A DNA stretch of 64,000 nt from Candidatus Giovannonibacteria bacterium. GTDB taxonomy: Bacteria; Patescibacteriota; Minisyncoccia; UBA11713; 2-01-FULL-45-33. Below, one piece after another: positions 1 to 9,372 of the stretch. Made by a program: the position numbers and the translations under genes. Location of the stretch: contig JACOXN010000006.1 of the NCBI GenBank assembly GCA_016176295.1, forward strand, positions 18,466-82,465, in the 5' to 3' direction. Positions within the stretch are counted from its first letter, which is position 1, and each line of letters begins with the position of its first letter. Under the pieces are notes generated by a model. The model was given only the letters and a program-made list of their open reading frames with translations, ran no database searches and had not been told where the DNA came from.

Positions 1-1691
1 TCCCCCGCATTTGCTTCATCAATAAATTGGACCGAATGGGAGCGAACTTTGAAAAAAGTCTGAAATCAATCCACGAAAGACTCACCCCCAACGCCGTGGC
101 GGTAAGTCTGCCCCTGGGACTCGAAGCGGAGCTCGTCGGCATCATCGACCTCATGACCATGAAACTTATCACGTTCGGAGGAAAACTCGGGGAAACCGTC
201 GAGGCCGTGGAAATTCCGGCCGACAAAAAAGCCTGGGCGGAAGAGTGGAGAAATAAAATGGTGGAAAAGATCGCCGAGCAGGACGACACGCTCACGGAGA
301 AATTTTTGGAAGGAAAAGAAATTCCAGTTGCGGAGCTCAGAAAAACCCTCCGCAAAGCAACTTTGGGTTACAAGCTGGTCCCTGTTTTTTGCGGTTCGGC
401 TTTAAAAAATAAAGGCATACAATTGGTGCTCGACGGAGTAGTGGATTATCTGCCGTCTCCCTCCGAACTTCCTGCGGTTAAAGGAAAAGACCCCAAAACC
501 GGTGAAGTCATGGAGCGCCACGCATCAGACGCCGAGCCTTTTACCGCTCTCGCTTTCAAATTGCAGACCGATCCTTACGTCGGCCAGCTTACTTATTTTC
601 GTGTTTACTCCGGTTCCCTCTTGGCCGGTTCATACGTCCTTAATGCCACAAATGGTGAAAAGGAAAGAGTCGGACGTATTTTGCAAATGCATGCGAACCA
701 TCGGGAAGAAATAAAAGAGATTTACGCGGGGGGCATCGGCGCCATAGTGGGCTTAAAAAGCACCCGCACGGGGCACACTCTTTGCGACCCGGAGCATCCG
801 ATTGTTCTCGAGGAAATAACTTTCCCGGAGCCCGTCGTATCTTTGAGGATAGAACCCAAGACCAAAGCCGACCAGGAAAAAATGGGTATTGCCTTGCGGC
901 GTCTTTCGGAAGAAGACCCGACTTTCCGCATAAAGGGAGACATCGAAACCATGGAAACCATTATTTCCGGGATGGGCGAGCTCCATCTGGAAATACTCGT
1001 GGACCGCATGAAGAGAGAATTCAAAGTGGAAGCCAATGTGGGACGCCCGCAAGTAGCTTACAAAGAGACTATCAAGAAACAAGCTGAGGCCGAAGGGAAA
1101 TACATCAAACAGTCGGGAGGCCGCGGACAATACGGGCATGTGCGCATCAGGGTGGAGCCGATGGAGCGCGGCAAAGGTTTTGCTTTTGTAAACGCCATCA
1201 AAGGCGGGGTCATTCCGCAGGAATTCATCCCCGCGGTGGAGAAGGGCATGAAAGAAGCTACCGAAAAAGGAGTGATAGCCGGATTTCCGCTGGTGGACGT
1301 GCAGGCCACTTTATACGACGGCTCTTACCACGACGTAGACTCGTCCGAAGCAGCGTTCAAGATAGCGGGCTCGATGGCATTGCAGGAAGCTGCAAGGCGC
1401 GCCACGCCGATAATTCTTGAGCCGATTATGAAAGTCGAGGTAGTAACTCCGGAACAATTTTTGGGAGACATCACCGGAGACCTGTCTTCCAAACGCGGAA
1501 GGATAGAGCAGATGACCGAGCGCGGGCTCGCTAAAGTCGTGAATGCAAAGGTGCCTCTTTCCGAAATGTTCGGGTACGTTACCAAGCTCCGCTCCATGAC
1601 CGAAGGACGCGCCACATATACGATGGAATTCGATAATTACGAAGAAGTCCCGACAAATATCTCGGAACAAATAAAGGAGGGCAAAAAATAA
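1..1691 (+). CDS. fusA: Elongation factor G; the 5' end lies upstream of the window
   Basis: The frame is open from base 3 ([16 protein letters not shown]...). EF-G domains II-V run to the stop at 1691. ORF-track 27..1691 is the in-window part. Confidence 0.95.
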   Translation, partial: PRICFINKLDRMGANFEKSLKSIHERLTPNAVAVSLPLGLEAELVGIIDLMTMKLITFGGKLGETVEAVEIPADKKAWAEEWRNKMVEKIAEQDDTLTEKFLEGKEIPVAELRKTLRKATLGYKLVPVFCGSALKNKGIQLVLDGVVDYLPSPSELPAVKGKDPKTGEVMERHASDAEPFTALAFKLQTDPYVGQLTYFRVYSGSLLAGSYVLNATNGEKERVGRILQMHANHREEIKEIYAGGIGAIVGLKSTRTGHTLCDPEHPIVLEEITFPEPVVSLRIEPKTKADQEKMGIALRRLSEEDPTFRIKGDIETMETIISGMGELHLEILVDRMKREFKVEANVGRPQVAYKETIKKQAEAEGKYIKQSGGRGQYGHVRIRVEPMERGKGFAFVNAIKGGVIPQEFIPAVEKGMKEATEKGVIAGFPLVDVQATLYDGSYHDVDSSEAAFKIAGSMALQEAARRATPIILEPIMKVEVVTPEQFLGDITGDLSSKRGRIEQMTERGLAKVVNAKVPLSEMFGYVTKLRSMTEGRATYTMEFDNYEEVPTNISEQIKEGKK

Positions 1692-1696
1692 ATAAC

Positions 1697-1801
1697 ATGG
1701 ATATAGAGAACAAAACTCAAAACGAAACGGAGACAATATCCGAAAAACTCGTCCAGGAAAATCTGGAGGAGGATTTCGATATCGAATCTATTCCCATATA
1801 G
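1697..1801 (+). CDS. Small acidic ORF (34 aa), hypothetical
   Basis: ATG lies 6 nt after the fusA stop. Sequence MDIENKTQNETETISEKLVQENLEEDFDIESIPI. No clear SD and no recognised family. Confidence 0.15.
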   Translation: MDIENKTQNETETISEKLVQENLEEDFDIESIPI

Positions 1802-1825
1802 CTTTTACAGTATTAAAATAACGGT

Positions 1826-2302
1826 ATGAAACGCGGTACGGTTTTCATGCTTATTATTATTGCCCCTATACTGGCGGCTGTTTTTTTTGCGTTAAATAGA
1901 GATAAAACCGAGAATGCGGCCGTGGAAATCGGCGGAGTTACCATAGCGGCGGAGATTGCCCGAACTCCCCGCGAGCGTGCCAAGGGTCTTTCCGGAAGGG
2001 AAGGACTCGCCCAAGACGAAGGTATGCTTTTCATTTTTTCAAATCCGGCGCTCTACGATTTTTGGATGAAGGATATGAAATTCCCCATAGACATCATCTG
2101 GATAAACAACGGAAAAATTGTCTATATAGCCGAGAATGCTAAACCTCCGGCTCCAAACACTCTCGACAACGAACTCACGGTTTATCATCCAACCGAACTC
2201 GCGTCTTACGTGTTTGAAGTACAATCAGCATTTGTCGAACAACACGGAATAAAAGTAGGGGATGACGTGAAGCTGATTGGAAATATTTTTGAATCCTTTT
2301 GA
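1826..2302 (+). CDS. DUF192-family protein with an N-terminal membrane anchor
   Basis: Pattern AEIARTPRERAKGLSGRE...GMLFIF...FWMKDMKFPIDIIWI is typical of DUF192. Confidence 0.75.
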   Translation: MKRGTVFMLIIIAPILAAVFFALNRDKTENAAVEIGGVTIAAEIARTPRERAKGLSGREGLAQDEGMLFIFSNPALYDFWMKDMKFPIDIIWINNGKIVYIAENAKPPAPNTLDNELTVYHPTELASYVFEVQSAFVEQHGIKVGDDVKLIGNIFESF

Positions 2303-2332
2303 CATTTTCATGAAGATTGCTAGAGTGTCGCC

Positions 2333-3883
2333 ATGGCGCTTAAACTCCATTCCGCGGAAGTCCTGGGACTTTCGGGAAAAATAATCGATGTGGAAATAGA
2401 TCTCTCGCCGGGGCTCTTCAGTTTTTCCATTGTAGGACTCGCCGATAAATCCGTTTCCGAATCGAAAGAACGGATTTCCGCCGCCATCAAAAGTTTCGGA
2501 GCCAAGTCTCCCCAGAAAAAAAACCAGCGTGTCGTTATATCGCTGGCTCCGGCCGATCTTAAAAAAGAAGGACCGGTTTTTGACCTCGCCATCGCGCTCG
2601 CTTATCTTCTGGCTTCCAAACAGGCTAAATTCGAACCAAAAGGAAAAATTTTCCTGGGGGAGCTGGCTTTGGACGGCACGCTTCGACCGATAAAAGGCGT
2701 ACTCGCACTGGCGGAAGAAGCAGCCCGGGCCGGGTTTAAAGAATTTTACATACCGAAAGGTAACGGAGAGGAAGCGGCCCTTGTTTCAAATATTAAAGTT
2801 TATGAGGTAGAGTCTCTTGCAGACACCGTGGAGCATCTGGAAGGGAAAGTCGAGATACCGGAAGTTCCCAAAACAAAAATTATTTATGAGGATTCGAATT
2901 CGATTTTGGATTTTTCCGATATCAAAGGGCAGGAATCCGCCAAGCGCGGCCTGGAAATCGCGGCGGCCGGTGCCCACAACGCTCTGATGGTGGGTCCTCC
3001 CGGCACCGGGAAAACAATGCTCGCCCGCGCTTTCGCCTCCATACTTCCTCCTCTTTCACGCGAAGAAATTTTGGAGGTAACAAAAATTCATTCAATTGCC
3101 GGCGCTTTAAAAGACGCTAACACGGTAGTTAAAGAGAGGCCTTTCCGAAATCCGCACCATACTTCCTCCTATGTTTCCATCGTGGGCGGGGGAACATACC
3201 CGAAGCCGGGCGAAGCAACCTTGGCGCACCGGGGAGTATTGTTCCTGGACGAGTTCGCGGAGTTCGAAAGGAAAGTCATAGAAGCTTTGCGCCAGCCTTT
3301 GGAAGATAAAATGATAACCGTCTCCCGCGCCAAAGCTACGCTTAATTTTCCCGCGCAGATAATGATGATACTCGCTATGAATCCCTGCCCCTGCGGCAAC
3401 TTAGGCTCACAAAAAAGCTGCATCTGCTCTCCTTCGGCTGTCAGCCGCTACCAAAGAAAAATTTCAGGACCCATTGTTGACCGCATCGACCTCTGGCTCG
3501 GAGTTTATGCGATAGATCATAAAAAATTGGAAGATGACCCGTCGGCCCAAAGCCTTGAAAAATCAAAAGCCATCCGCGCCCGCGTTGAAAAAGCGCGCGA
3601 GACCCAAAAGAAAAGGTTTGCGGGAACTAACCTGCCTGCCGGTAGGCAAGGAATAGTTTCCAACTCAGAAATGTCGGTGAGGGAGATAAAAAAATATTGC
3701 GAGCTGGATAACGAATCCAAATCCATATTACAGCAGGCCGCGGCCCGGCTCGACCTTTCCCCGCGCTCGTACCACCGCGTCATTAAGCTCGCCCGCACCA
3801 TAGCCGACCTCGCAGGAGAAAAGAATATAAAAAAAGAACACCTTCTGGAAGCTCTCCAATACAGACCGAAACAGTTGGTATAA
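2333..3883 (+). CDS. comM: Mg-chelatase-like AAA+ protein ComM/YifB
   Basis: N-terminal Lon-like domain (IVGLADKSVSESKERI), Walker A GPPGTGKTM, and C-terminal ...SYHRVIKLARTIADL. Confidence 0.9.
   Translation: MALKLHSAEVLGLSGKIIDVEIDLSPGLFSFSIVGLADKSVSESKERISAAIKSFGAKSPQKKNQRVVISLAPADLKKEGPVFDLAIALAYLLASKQAKFEPKGKIFLGELALDGTLRPIKGVLALAEEAARAGFKEFYIPKGNGEEAALVSNIKVYEVESLADTVEHLEGKVEIPEVPKTKIIYEDSNSILDFSDIKGQESAKRGLEIAAAGAHNALMVGPPGTGKTMLARAFASILPPLSREEILEVTKIHSIAGALKDANTVVKERPFRNPHHTSSYVSIVGGGTYPKPGEATLAHRGVLFLDEFAEFERKVIEALRQPLEDKMITVSRAKATLNFPAQIMMILAMNPCPCGNLGSQKSCICSPSAVSRYQRKISGPIVDRIDLWLGVYAIDHKKLEDDPSAQSLEKSKAIRARVEKARETQKKRFAGTNLPAGRQGIVSNSEMSVREIKKYCELDNESKSILQQAAARLDLSPRSYHRVIKLARTIADLAGEKNIKKEHLLEALQYRPKQLV
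3631..3651. repeat. GC-rich palindromic element copy (CCTGCCTGCCGGTAGGCAAGG), in frame inside comM
   Basis: Translates as LPAGRQG. It falls in a segment about 8 aa longer than my recalled E. coli ComM sequence. The right arm is degenerate. Confidence 0.6.
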
Positions 3884-3886
3884 TTT

Positions 3887-5116
3887 TTACCCCACTTCTC
3901 CCACGAACATTGGGATATTGAGACGGCGGACGGAGTGCTGTAAGCTCGCGTGCGCGGCGAAGCTTGAACCTAAAAACACCGCGTGTTTGCCGTATTTTTC
4001 GCGAACTTTGTCCACACTTTCGTAAACTTTTTTCAAACTTTCCACTTTCAAAGAATCGCCGAACAGGTCGGGCTGCGGATTGAGAACGCTTGTGAGTTTA
4101 AGAAGAGCGACCCCTGTAGCCCGGTATTTAAACCGGGTATCGAACAGCCCGCCAAAAAGCGGACGGAGCGAAGAAATTATCTCGTTGGGAAAACTGGTCG
4201 CGCGCGAAAATTTTATTTCAAGCCCCAGATGGCCGAAACCGCTCGTCCGTAAAAAAAAGTTAACCTCCCTAGCTGCCAACTTATAGCGCCTGGCCTTGAT
4301 ACAGGCGTTCTCTATATTTTTTGAAAGCTGCGAGAACACGAAATTTGAATCTCCCGAAGCAGGAGTGAAAGTTCTCACTTTCTGTATGCTTTGATAAGTT
4401 TCTTTCTCGTCGGAATTTACGGGGTAGACGCTCACTCCGCGTAATTCCTGCCATATTTCGTAAAAAGACTTCGAAAGATTCTGACGTATAAAATCTTCAT
4501 CCTTTTCCGCGTAGTCCAGCGCAGTAAAAATATTTTTTTTGGCAAGAAATTCCTCAGTTTGCGGCCCGATGCCCCAGACTTTCCCCGCCGGAAGAAGTTT
4601 TAAATAATGAGGGGCCAGCCTTTGGGAAATTACCGTGAGCCCGGAGGGTTTATTCCATTTTGAGCCGATCTTGGCAAGCACTTTCGTCGGAGCCAAACCC
4701 ACGGAAAAAGTAAAACCGAGTTCAGTATAAAGCTCGCCCTTTATTGTTTCGGCAATGGCGGCATAAGAAGAATGGTATGCCCGCCGCAGGCCGGTTATAT
4801 CGGCGAAGCATTCGTCTATCGAATATTCCTCCACAGCGGGCGTGTGCCTCCGCACAATATCATACATGCGTTTTGAAAGAAGACTGTAAGTCTCGTAATC
4901 GGAGGGTAAAATTATAGCGTCCGGACAAATCTTTCTTACTTCATCCAGCTTCATCGCGCGCGTAATACCTCTGGCTTTTGCCTCGTAGCTCATGGAAGAA
5001 GCGATGCCCCGTTCCTGGCCGGTAACCACCGGCTTGCCTTTGAGAGCGGGATTTAGAGACTGCTCGCACGAAGCGAAAAAAGCATCTCCATCTATGTGAA
5101 GAATGGCCTTTTCCAT
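3887..5116 (-). CDS. dinB: Y-family DNA polymerase (DinB/UmuC-like)
   Basis: HIDGDAFFASCE and SIDECFADIT catalytic motifs. It sits directly downstream of lexA. Confidence 0.88.
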   Translation of the reverse strand: MEKAILHIDGDAFFASCEQSLNPALKGKPVVTGQERGIASSMSYEAKARGITRAMKLDEVRKICPDAIILPSDYETYSLLSKRMYDIVRRHTPAVEEYSIDECFADITGLRRAYHSSYAAIAETIKGELYTELGFTFSVGLAPTKVLAKIGSKWNKPSGLTVISQRLAPHYLKLLPAGKVWGIGPQTEEFLAKKNIFTALDYAEKDEDFIRQNLSKSFYEIWQELRGVSVYPVNSDEKETYQSIQKVRTFTPASGDSNFVFSQLSKNIENACIKARRYKLAAREVNFFLRTSGFGHLGLEIKFSRATSFPNEIISSLRPLFGGLFDTRFKYRATGVALLKLTSVLNPQPDLFGDSLKVESLKKVYESVDKVREKYGKHAVFLGSSFAAHASLQHSVRRLNIPMFVGEVG

Positions 5117-5118
5117 TT

Positions 5119-5685
5119 TTAATATTTGCGGATGACGCTTATAACCACCGCCGCCACTCTCATGTCTTCGCGGGGGATGATGGTATTATATTTTTTGTTG
5201 GCGGGTATAAGCTCGACTTTATTGCCGGTCTTTCTGAAATATTTCATGGTCCAGCCGCCGTCCACTTCGGCGATAACAATGTCGCCGTTCTTGGGAGTTT
5301 TGCTCCGGTCCACAAGCACCATATCGCCTTCGATGATACCGGCGTCTATCATGGAGTCTCCTTTTACTTTCAGCATGTAGGTCGCCTCCTTATTGTTTAT
5401 GAGCCATTCGTCCAAAGTCATCGTATCTTGCAGCTCCTCCTCGGCTGCGGATGGAAAGCCCGCTTCGACCGTCCCTAAAACTTTTATCTCTCCAAAAAGA
5501 CGGGTGGGGGAGAGCCGACCTTCCCCATCTTTTGTAATTATCCCTCTCTCAACCAATTTATTTATGAGTTTAAAAACGGCGTTCTTCGATCTGAACCCAA
5601 AAAGTTCCATCATCTCACGATACCCCGGCATCCTTTTGTGCCTTTTATAAAATTTTATTAGTTTATCGGAGTGTTCGCTTTTCAT
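5119..5685 (-). CDS. lexA: LexA repressor (winged-helix plus S24 peptidase)
   Basis: VEAGFPS cleavage site (Ala-Gly), GDSM catalytic Ser, and a downstream MKYFRK Lys. Confidence 0.9.
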   Translation of the reverse strand: MKSEHSDKLIKFYKRHKRMPGYREMMELFGFRSKNAVFKLINKLVERGIITKDGEGRLSPTRLFGEIKVLGTVEAGFPSAAEEELQDTMTLDEWLINNKEATYMLKVKGDSMIDAGIIEGDMVLVDRSKTPKNGDIVIAEVDGGWTMKYFRKTGNKVELIPANKKYNTIIPREDMRVAAVVISVIRKY

Positions 5686-5686
5686 T

Positions 5687-5872
5687 TCAGGAAAAAACTC
5701 TTAGGTCAAACCAGCCGGCTCCGGAGGAGAGCCTGCGTAATTTTGTATAAAGCTCTTTGTGCTTCCTGGCCTCGGCTTTGTAGGTGGTGCCTTTGATTAT
5801 CTTCATGTCTATAAGACGGTTTAACTTATCTATTTCGGAACTGATAATTTTAAAAGTTTGATATTTTGTCAT
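5687..5872 (-). CDS. Small basic protein (61 aa), first gene of the lexA operon, unknown function
   Basis: Start taken at the internal ATG (MTKYQTFKII...), 13 nt downstream of the LexA box. Its stop is 1 nt from the lexA start. Confidence 0.45.
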   Translation of the reverse strand: MTKYQTFKIISSEIDKLNRLIDMKIIKGTTYKAEARKHKELYTKLRRLSSGAGWFDLRVFS

Positions 5873-5884
5873 ATCCCAATGATA

Positions 5885-5902
5885 AGTGAACCAGAGTTCA
5901 CT
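5885..5902. promoter_or_regulatory. LexA (SOS/Cheo-type) box AGTGAAC-CAGA-GTTCACT
   Basis: Perfect 7-bp inverted repeat containing GAAC-N4-GTTC. It lies immediately upstream of the small-ORF-lexA-dinB operon. Confidence 0.7.
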
Positions 5903-5928
5903 CGTCAACCGCGCCCAGCTGGATAAAC

Positions 5929-5937
5929 TGTGGATAA
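5929..5937 (-). promoter_or_regulatory. Isolated consensus DnaA box (TTATCCACA on the minus strand)
   Basis: TGTGGATAA is read directly in the divergent promoter region between the lexA operon and the lipoprotein gene. Confidence 0.35.
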
Positions 5938-6077
5938 CGAAATACTTGACAAAATCAAAAAATAAGTTTAAACTAACAAAGGAATCTGCAAAAAATTATA
6001 CTTCACAAAAACCCCAATTTTTTGGTGTTATAATTAAAGCAGAAAAAAGACTGTTTTTGACAAGGAAGGAGAAAGCC

Positions 6078-6512
6078 ATGAAACGATTAATTTCGATTTT
6101 GTTTGTTTCGACGCTATTTTTTTTCGGATGTCGAGATAATGTTGTTTCGGCAAAAAAAATACCAACACCTAAATGGCCAAGCCAAAGTCCCCAGTACATT
6201 GACATGAACGTCAAATGGCCCTGCGGCCAAGTTGTCATTAAACGATGGCCAAATTGGTCACTTACTACGCTGAACGACCAGCCCGTCATTGTCGAATATG
6301 CTGACCGAAACTGGAGGAAGGTCTGGATCTACAAGGGAAACCGGCTCAACCCGGAGTATTACGCGATTGATGTCTCTCCGGAAACAAATCGGTACAAAAA
6401 CAAACCGGACGGATGGCAACATGCGGCCGATAGAATGACTAGAGTGACAATGGAGCTGGCAACCATCGGCATATGTGAGGAATACAAACCTACACAGCTC
6501 ACAAATAAGTAA
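6078..6512 (+). CDS. Putative lipoprotein
   Basis: GGAGA SD before the ATG. Signal peptide MKRLISILFVSTLFFFGC has a lipobox Cys. The longer ORF-track start at 5886 crosses the promoter region. Confidence 0.6.
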   Translation: MKRLISILFVSTLFFFGCRDNVVSAKKIPTPKWPSQSPQYIDMNVKWPCGQVVIKRWPNWSLTTLNDQPVIVEYADRNWRKVWIYKGNRLNPEYYAIDVSPETNRYKNKPDGWQHAADRMTRVTMELATIGICEEYKPTQLTNK

Positions 6513-6592
6513 GTGAAAAACAGTTTTGAAAGGCAAAAGAAAAGCGTCAAAAAAAGGCGCTTTTTTTCTTGCGGAGCTTTTAATGAAATAAC

Positions 6593-7735
6593 TTATTTTC
6601 CCAGTTCGCCGACTAAAATAGCTTTTAGGCGTTCAAACTCCGAATCGGGAAAAATTTCTTTAAAAACATCCGGATTGGCGAAAGCATAAAGCAGGTCTTT
6701 GGCGGTCGCTTGAGTAAAATCGCGCTTGATATAAGGCGTTGTAACCGCGCTCAGATTTCTTTCGTCCGTCGTGCCCGAAAGAGTGCTGGTGACGAATATT
6801 CCGATGAGCTTCCCGGTCCGCTCGTCCACCACAGCGCCGCCGGAGGAGCCCGCCTGCGCTATAATGGAGCCGCCAAGCGAAATTTCATCCAGATGGCCGG
6901 AAGAGTTTGAAAAAGTAAAAATATCTTTAACATATCCGACGGTAGTCACCATACCAAGGTTCGTCTGAATAATGCTCCCGCTCAAAAACCCGGCCGGGTA
7001 ACTCGCCAAAAATACCGGCAGCTGTTTTGGCAGTTCATTATATTCCAGATCGGAGTCAAGATATGGCAACCCGCCCGTGACTGGCTGCCCGTCGGGAATA
7101 GTTTCGGTTATTTTAAGGAATGCGTAGTCATGCTCGCCGGTTCCCGTAGGGGATTGTTTTGAAATATTGGAAAAATTTTTATCTACCCAGGCGGAAGAAA
7201 TATAGAGCAAACCGGCTTTGTAGGCCGGGCGCGCGGTATCCCCGGCCCGGATAACGCAATTTAAAAAATCTTTTTGCGGATAATCCCTGAGCAAAAAATA
7301 TTGCGCTATATGCGCGTTGGTCAAAATAACCCCGCTGGGGCTTATAACAACGCCACTTCCCGAAATAGGATTATCCGACCCGCCACTTTTTGAAGTGCAA
7401 AAAATATTCACAGTGGCCCGCCTCGCCAAAGTATTTAAGTCGGAGATGGGAAGGTAAACCGGATCCGCGGGCGATGGAGACGGAGTTGCACTCGGCATGG
7501 CAGGGGTGGAAATAGCTTGCGGACTCGGTTTTTTTGAGGGTTCCTTAAAGTATATTTTTTCGGGCTTCTTTAGTTCGACCCCGACTGCGGGTTCCGTGAC
7601 GGTGGCCTGAGGGGGATTAAGCGGAGGCGGGGCGGTTTCAATGTCCATCGGGGCTTCCAAAGCGCCCAAAGCTAAAATTATCCCGGCCACGACCGAGATC
7701 ATTTTTATAAAAATTGAATGCAATATTTCGAACAA
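6593..7735 (-). CDS. Membrane-anchored trypsin-like serine protease
   Basis: N-terminal TM helix and a Pro-rich linker. Motifs VILTNAHI (His) and GSSGGAVVD (Ser). Confidence 0.8.
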   Translation of the reverse strand: MFEILHSIFIKMISVVAGIILALGALEAPMDIETAPPPLNPPQATVTEPAVGVELKKPEKIYFKEPSKKPSPQAISTPAMPSATPSPSPADPVYLPISDLNTLARRATVNIFCTSKSGGSDNPISGSGVVISPSGVILTNAHIAQYFLLRDYPQKDFLNCVIRAGDTARPAYKAGLLYISSAWVDKNFSNISKQSPTGTGEHDYAFLKITETIPDGQPVTGGLPYLDSDLEYNELPKQLPVFLASYPAGFLSGSIIQTNLGMVTTVGYVKDIFTFSNSSGHLDEISLGGSIIAQAGSSGGAVVDERTGKLIGIFVTSTLSGTTDERNLSAVTTPYIKRDFTQATAKDLLYAFANPDVFKEIFPDSEFERLKAILVGELGK

Positions 7736-7739
7736 AATT

Positions 7740-8111
7740 TTACGTGAGCTGCTTTTTCACTTTTTCCAGGACATCCGCCGGGCTGAATTCCGCTTTCACT
7801 ACATAGTCTTTGGCCCCCAAAGCCATAGCGCGGTCTATCTCAACCGGCTGCCCGGAATTGGAAACAACTATCACGGGTATGCTGATATTTTCGGTTTTCA
7901 TCCTTTCCAGGATGGCAAAGCCGTCCATTTTGGGAAGGATCATATCCAGAAGCACAAGGTCGGGTTTCCCGGTCTTTATCATTTCAAAACCCGATTCGCC
8001 GTCCATCGCGGCTAAAACATCGTAACCCTCCCTGGCCAGTTTGGATTTCATAACCTCCAGATGGGTGGGTTCGTCTTCGATTATCAGTATTTTTTTTACT
8101 TCGGTTTCCAT
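7740..8111 (-). CDS. Stand-alone response-regulator receiver (CheY-like)
   Basis: ILIIEDE...LLDMILPKMDG...VSNSGQ...GAKDY. It is a close paralog of REC1 of the CDS at 50941..51833. Confidence 0.9.
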   Translation of the reverse strand: METEVKKILIIEDEPTHLEVMKSKLAREGYDVLAAMDGESGFEMIKTGKPDLVLLDMILPKMDGFAILERMKTENISIPVIVVSNSGQPVEIDRAMALGAKDYVVKAEFSPADVLEKVKKQLT

Positions 8112-8156
8112 TTTTTTATCCTATATTAGTTCTTGAGCCGTGACAAATTTGAGCCG

Positions 8157-9146
8157 TTAAAAAGGGTTTACGGCTCCTCTTACTTCAAAATGCAAATGAC
8201 AGCCCGTAGAGTTTCCGGAGGTACCCACGTTCCCTATTCTTCCGCCCTGGGCGATGAACTGTCCCGGTGTAACATAAACCGCAGAAAGGTGAGAATAGAG
8301 CGTCTGAACTCCGTTAGGATGCCTGATCACTATATATTGGCCATAGCCTCCATTCCAACCGACGCTTTTGGCGAGAAGAACATCTCCGGAAGCAGAGGCG
8401 ATAACCGGCGTACCGCAGCTATTAGCCAAATCCACGCCGTTGAAACCGTGCAGCCCCTGCGATTTTCTGCCCCCGTCGATAGGCCGCAGAAAATATCCGA
8501 CGAGATTAGGACCTCCGGCCCCTCGCGCCTTTGCTTTGGTTGAAGACGACGACAGAGACGGGGAAGCGGATATATTTAGCTCAGCATCGGGAATAATGAG
8601 CGTAGCTCCGATTTTCAAAGCGGCCCCCGGTGTGAGATCGTTGAATGCGGTTATCTCCTCAGCATCGCTTTTATATTTTTTAGCAATAGATGCCACCGTG
8701 TCACCTTTTTTGACCTCGTACTGCAAGCCGGAAATAGGTAATATTACCAAAGTATCGCCGGGCCTGATGACATCCGTCCGCTTAAGATCATTGGCCCAAT
8801 AAATCGTTTGTAAACTAACTCCAAACATATCCGCTATCTTCGATATATTATCCCCGTCGCGGATAGTGTAAGTAGTAATCTGGTCGAGTTTATAAGTTTC
8901 CACGTCCGCAACACTGCCCAATGGACCTATCACAGGCAATATTGAAGAACCTTCCACAAAATTCATTACCGTCCCCCCTACCGCCAGGACGGGTTCCGCA
9001 GTATTGGGAGCTTTAAGCAAAGGCAGCTTTTGGACGTTGAACACCTCTTCTTCTACAACCTCCTCTCCGTGAACCAATCTGCTTACGAACGAAAAAAAGT
9101 CGGCTTCCGCCGGTGTAGAATAAGAGAAAAATATAGCCAACGCCAT
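8157..9146 (-). CDS. LysM-domain M23 family peptidase
   Basis: Two LysM repeats (YTIRDGDNISKIADMF..., YEVKKGDTVASIAKKY...). M23 core is HPNGVQTLYSHLS...GNSTGCHLHFEV. Confidence 0.9.
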   Translation of the reverse strand: MALAIFFSYSTPAEADFFSFVSRLVHGEEVVEEEVFNVQKLPLLKAPNTAEPVLAVGGTVMNFVEGSSILPVIGPLGSVADVETYKLDQITTYTIRDGDNISKIADMFGVSLQTIYWANDLKRTDVIRPGDTLVILPISGLQYEVKKGDTVASIAKKYKSDAEEITAFNDLTPGAALKIGATLIIPDAELNISASPSLSSSSTKAKARGAGGPNLVGYFLRPIDGGRKSQGLHGFNGVDLANSCGTPVIASASGDVLLAKSVGWNGGYGQYIVIRHPNGVQTLYSHLSAVYVTPGQFIAQGGRIGNVGTSGNSTGCHLHFEVRGAVNPF

Positions 9147-9372
9147 AAAGATGCCCCAAAGAGTTTGAGCGAACGAAAAACGAACTATTATTTTGTTAGT
9201 TAAAATAGGTTTAAAAGCTAAAATAAAGCCTTGCTTTTGCGGTAAAAATCGTTGTACAGAGCCATATATTACCGCCTATGCATCAATTCGACCGATACCC
9301 CCAATTTAGCAGAATTCGCCCTCGGAGGCAATCATTATATCCACAACTAGGCAAGTCTGATATTATAGCCAA

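Noticed and set aside
502-1736. Many ORF-track entries overlapping fusA on either strand (e.g. 722..1036-, 753..1139-, 1311..1736-). Similar shadow ORFs lie inside polA, uvrB, the PBP gene, pilB and the VirB4-like gene.
   Set aside because: They lie within or antisense to strongly supported conserved genes, have low-complexity or Arg/Ser-rich translations, and show no motifs. I treat them as non-coding shadows.
5886-6077. Long N-terminal extension of the lipoprotein ORF (track start at 5886).
   Set aside because: The extension would cover the LexA box, the DnaA box and a TTGACA-N17-TAAACT promoter-like motif. An internal ATG at 6078 has a good SD and starts a lipoprotein signal peptide.
9337-9345. 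A near-consensus DnaA box (ATATCCACA) upstream of uvrD, considered as evidence of a second origin.
   Set aside because: It is a single box with one mismatch. There is no clustering or AT-rich unwinding element, so it is at most a regulatory site.
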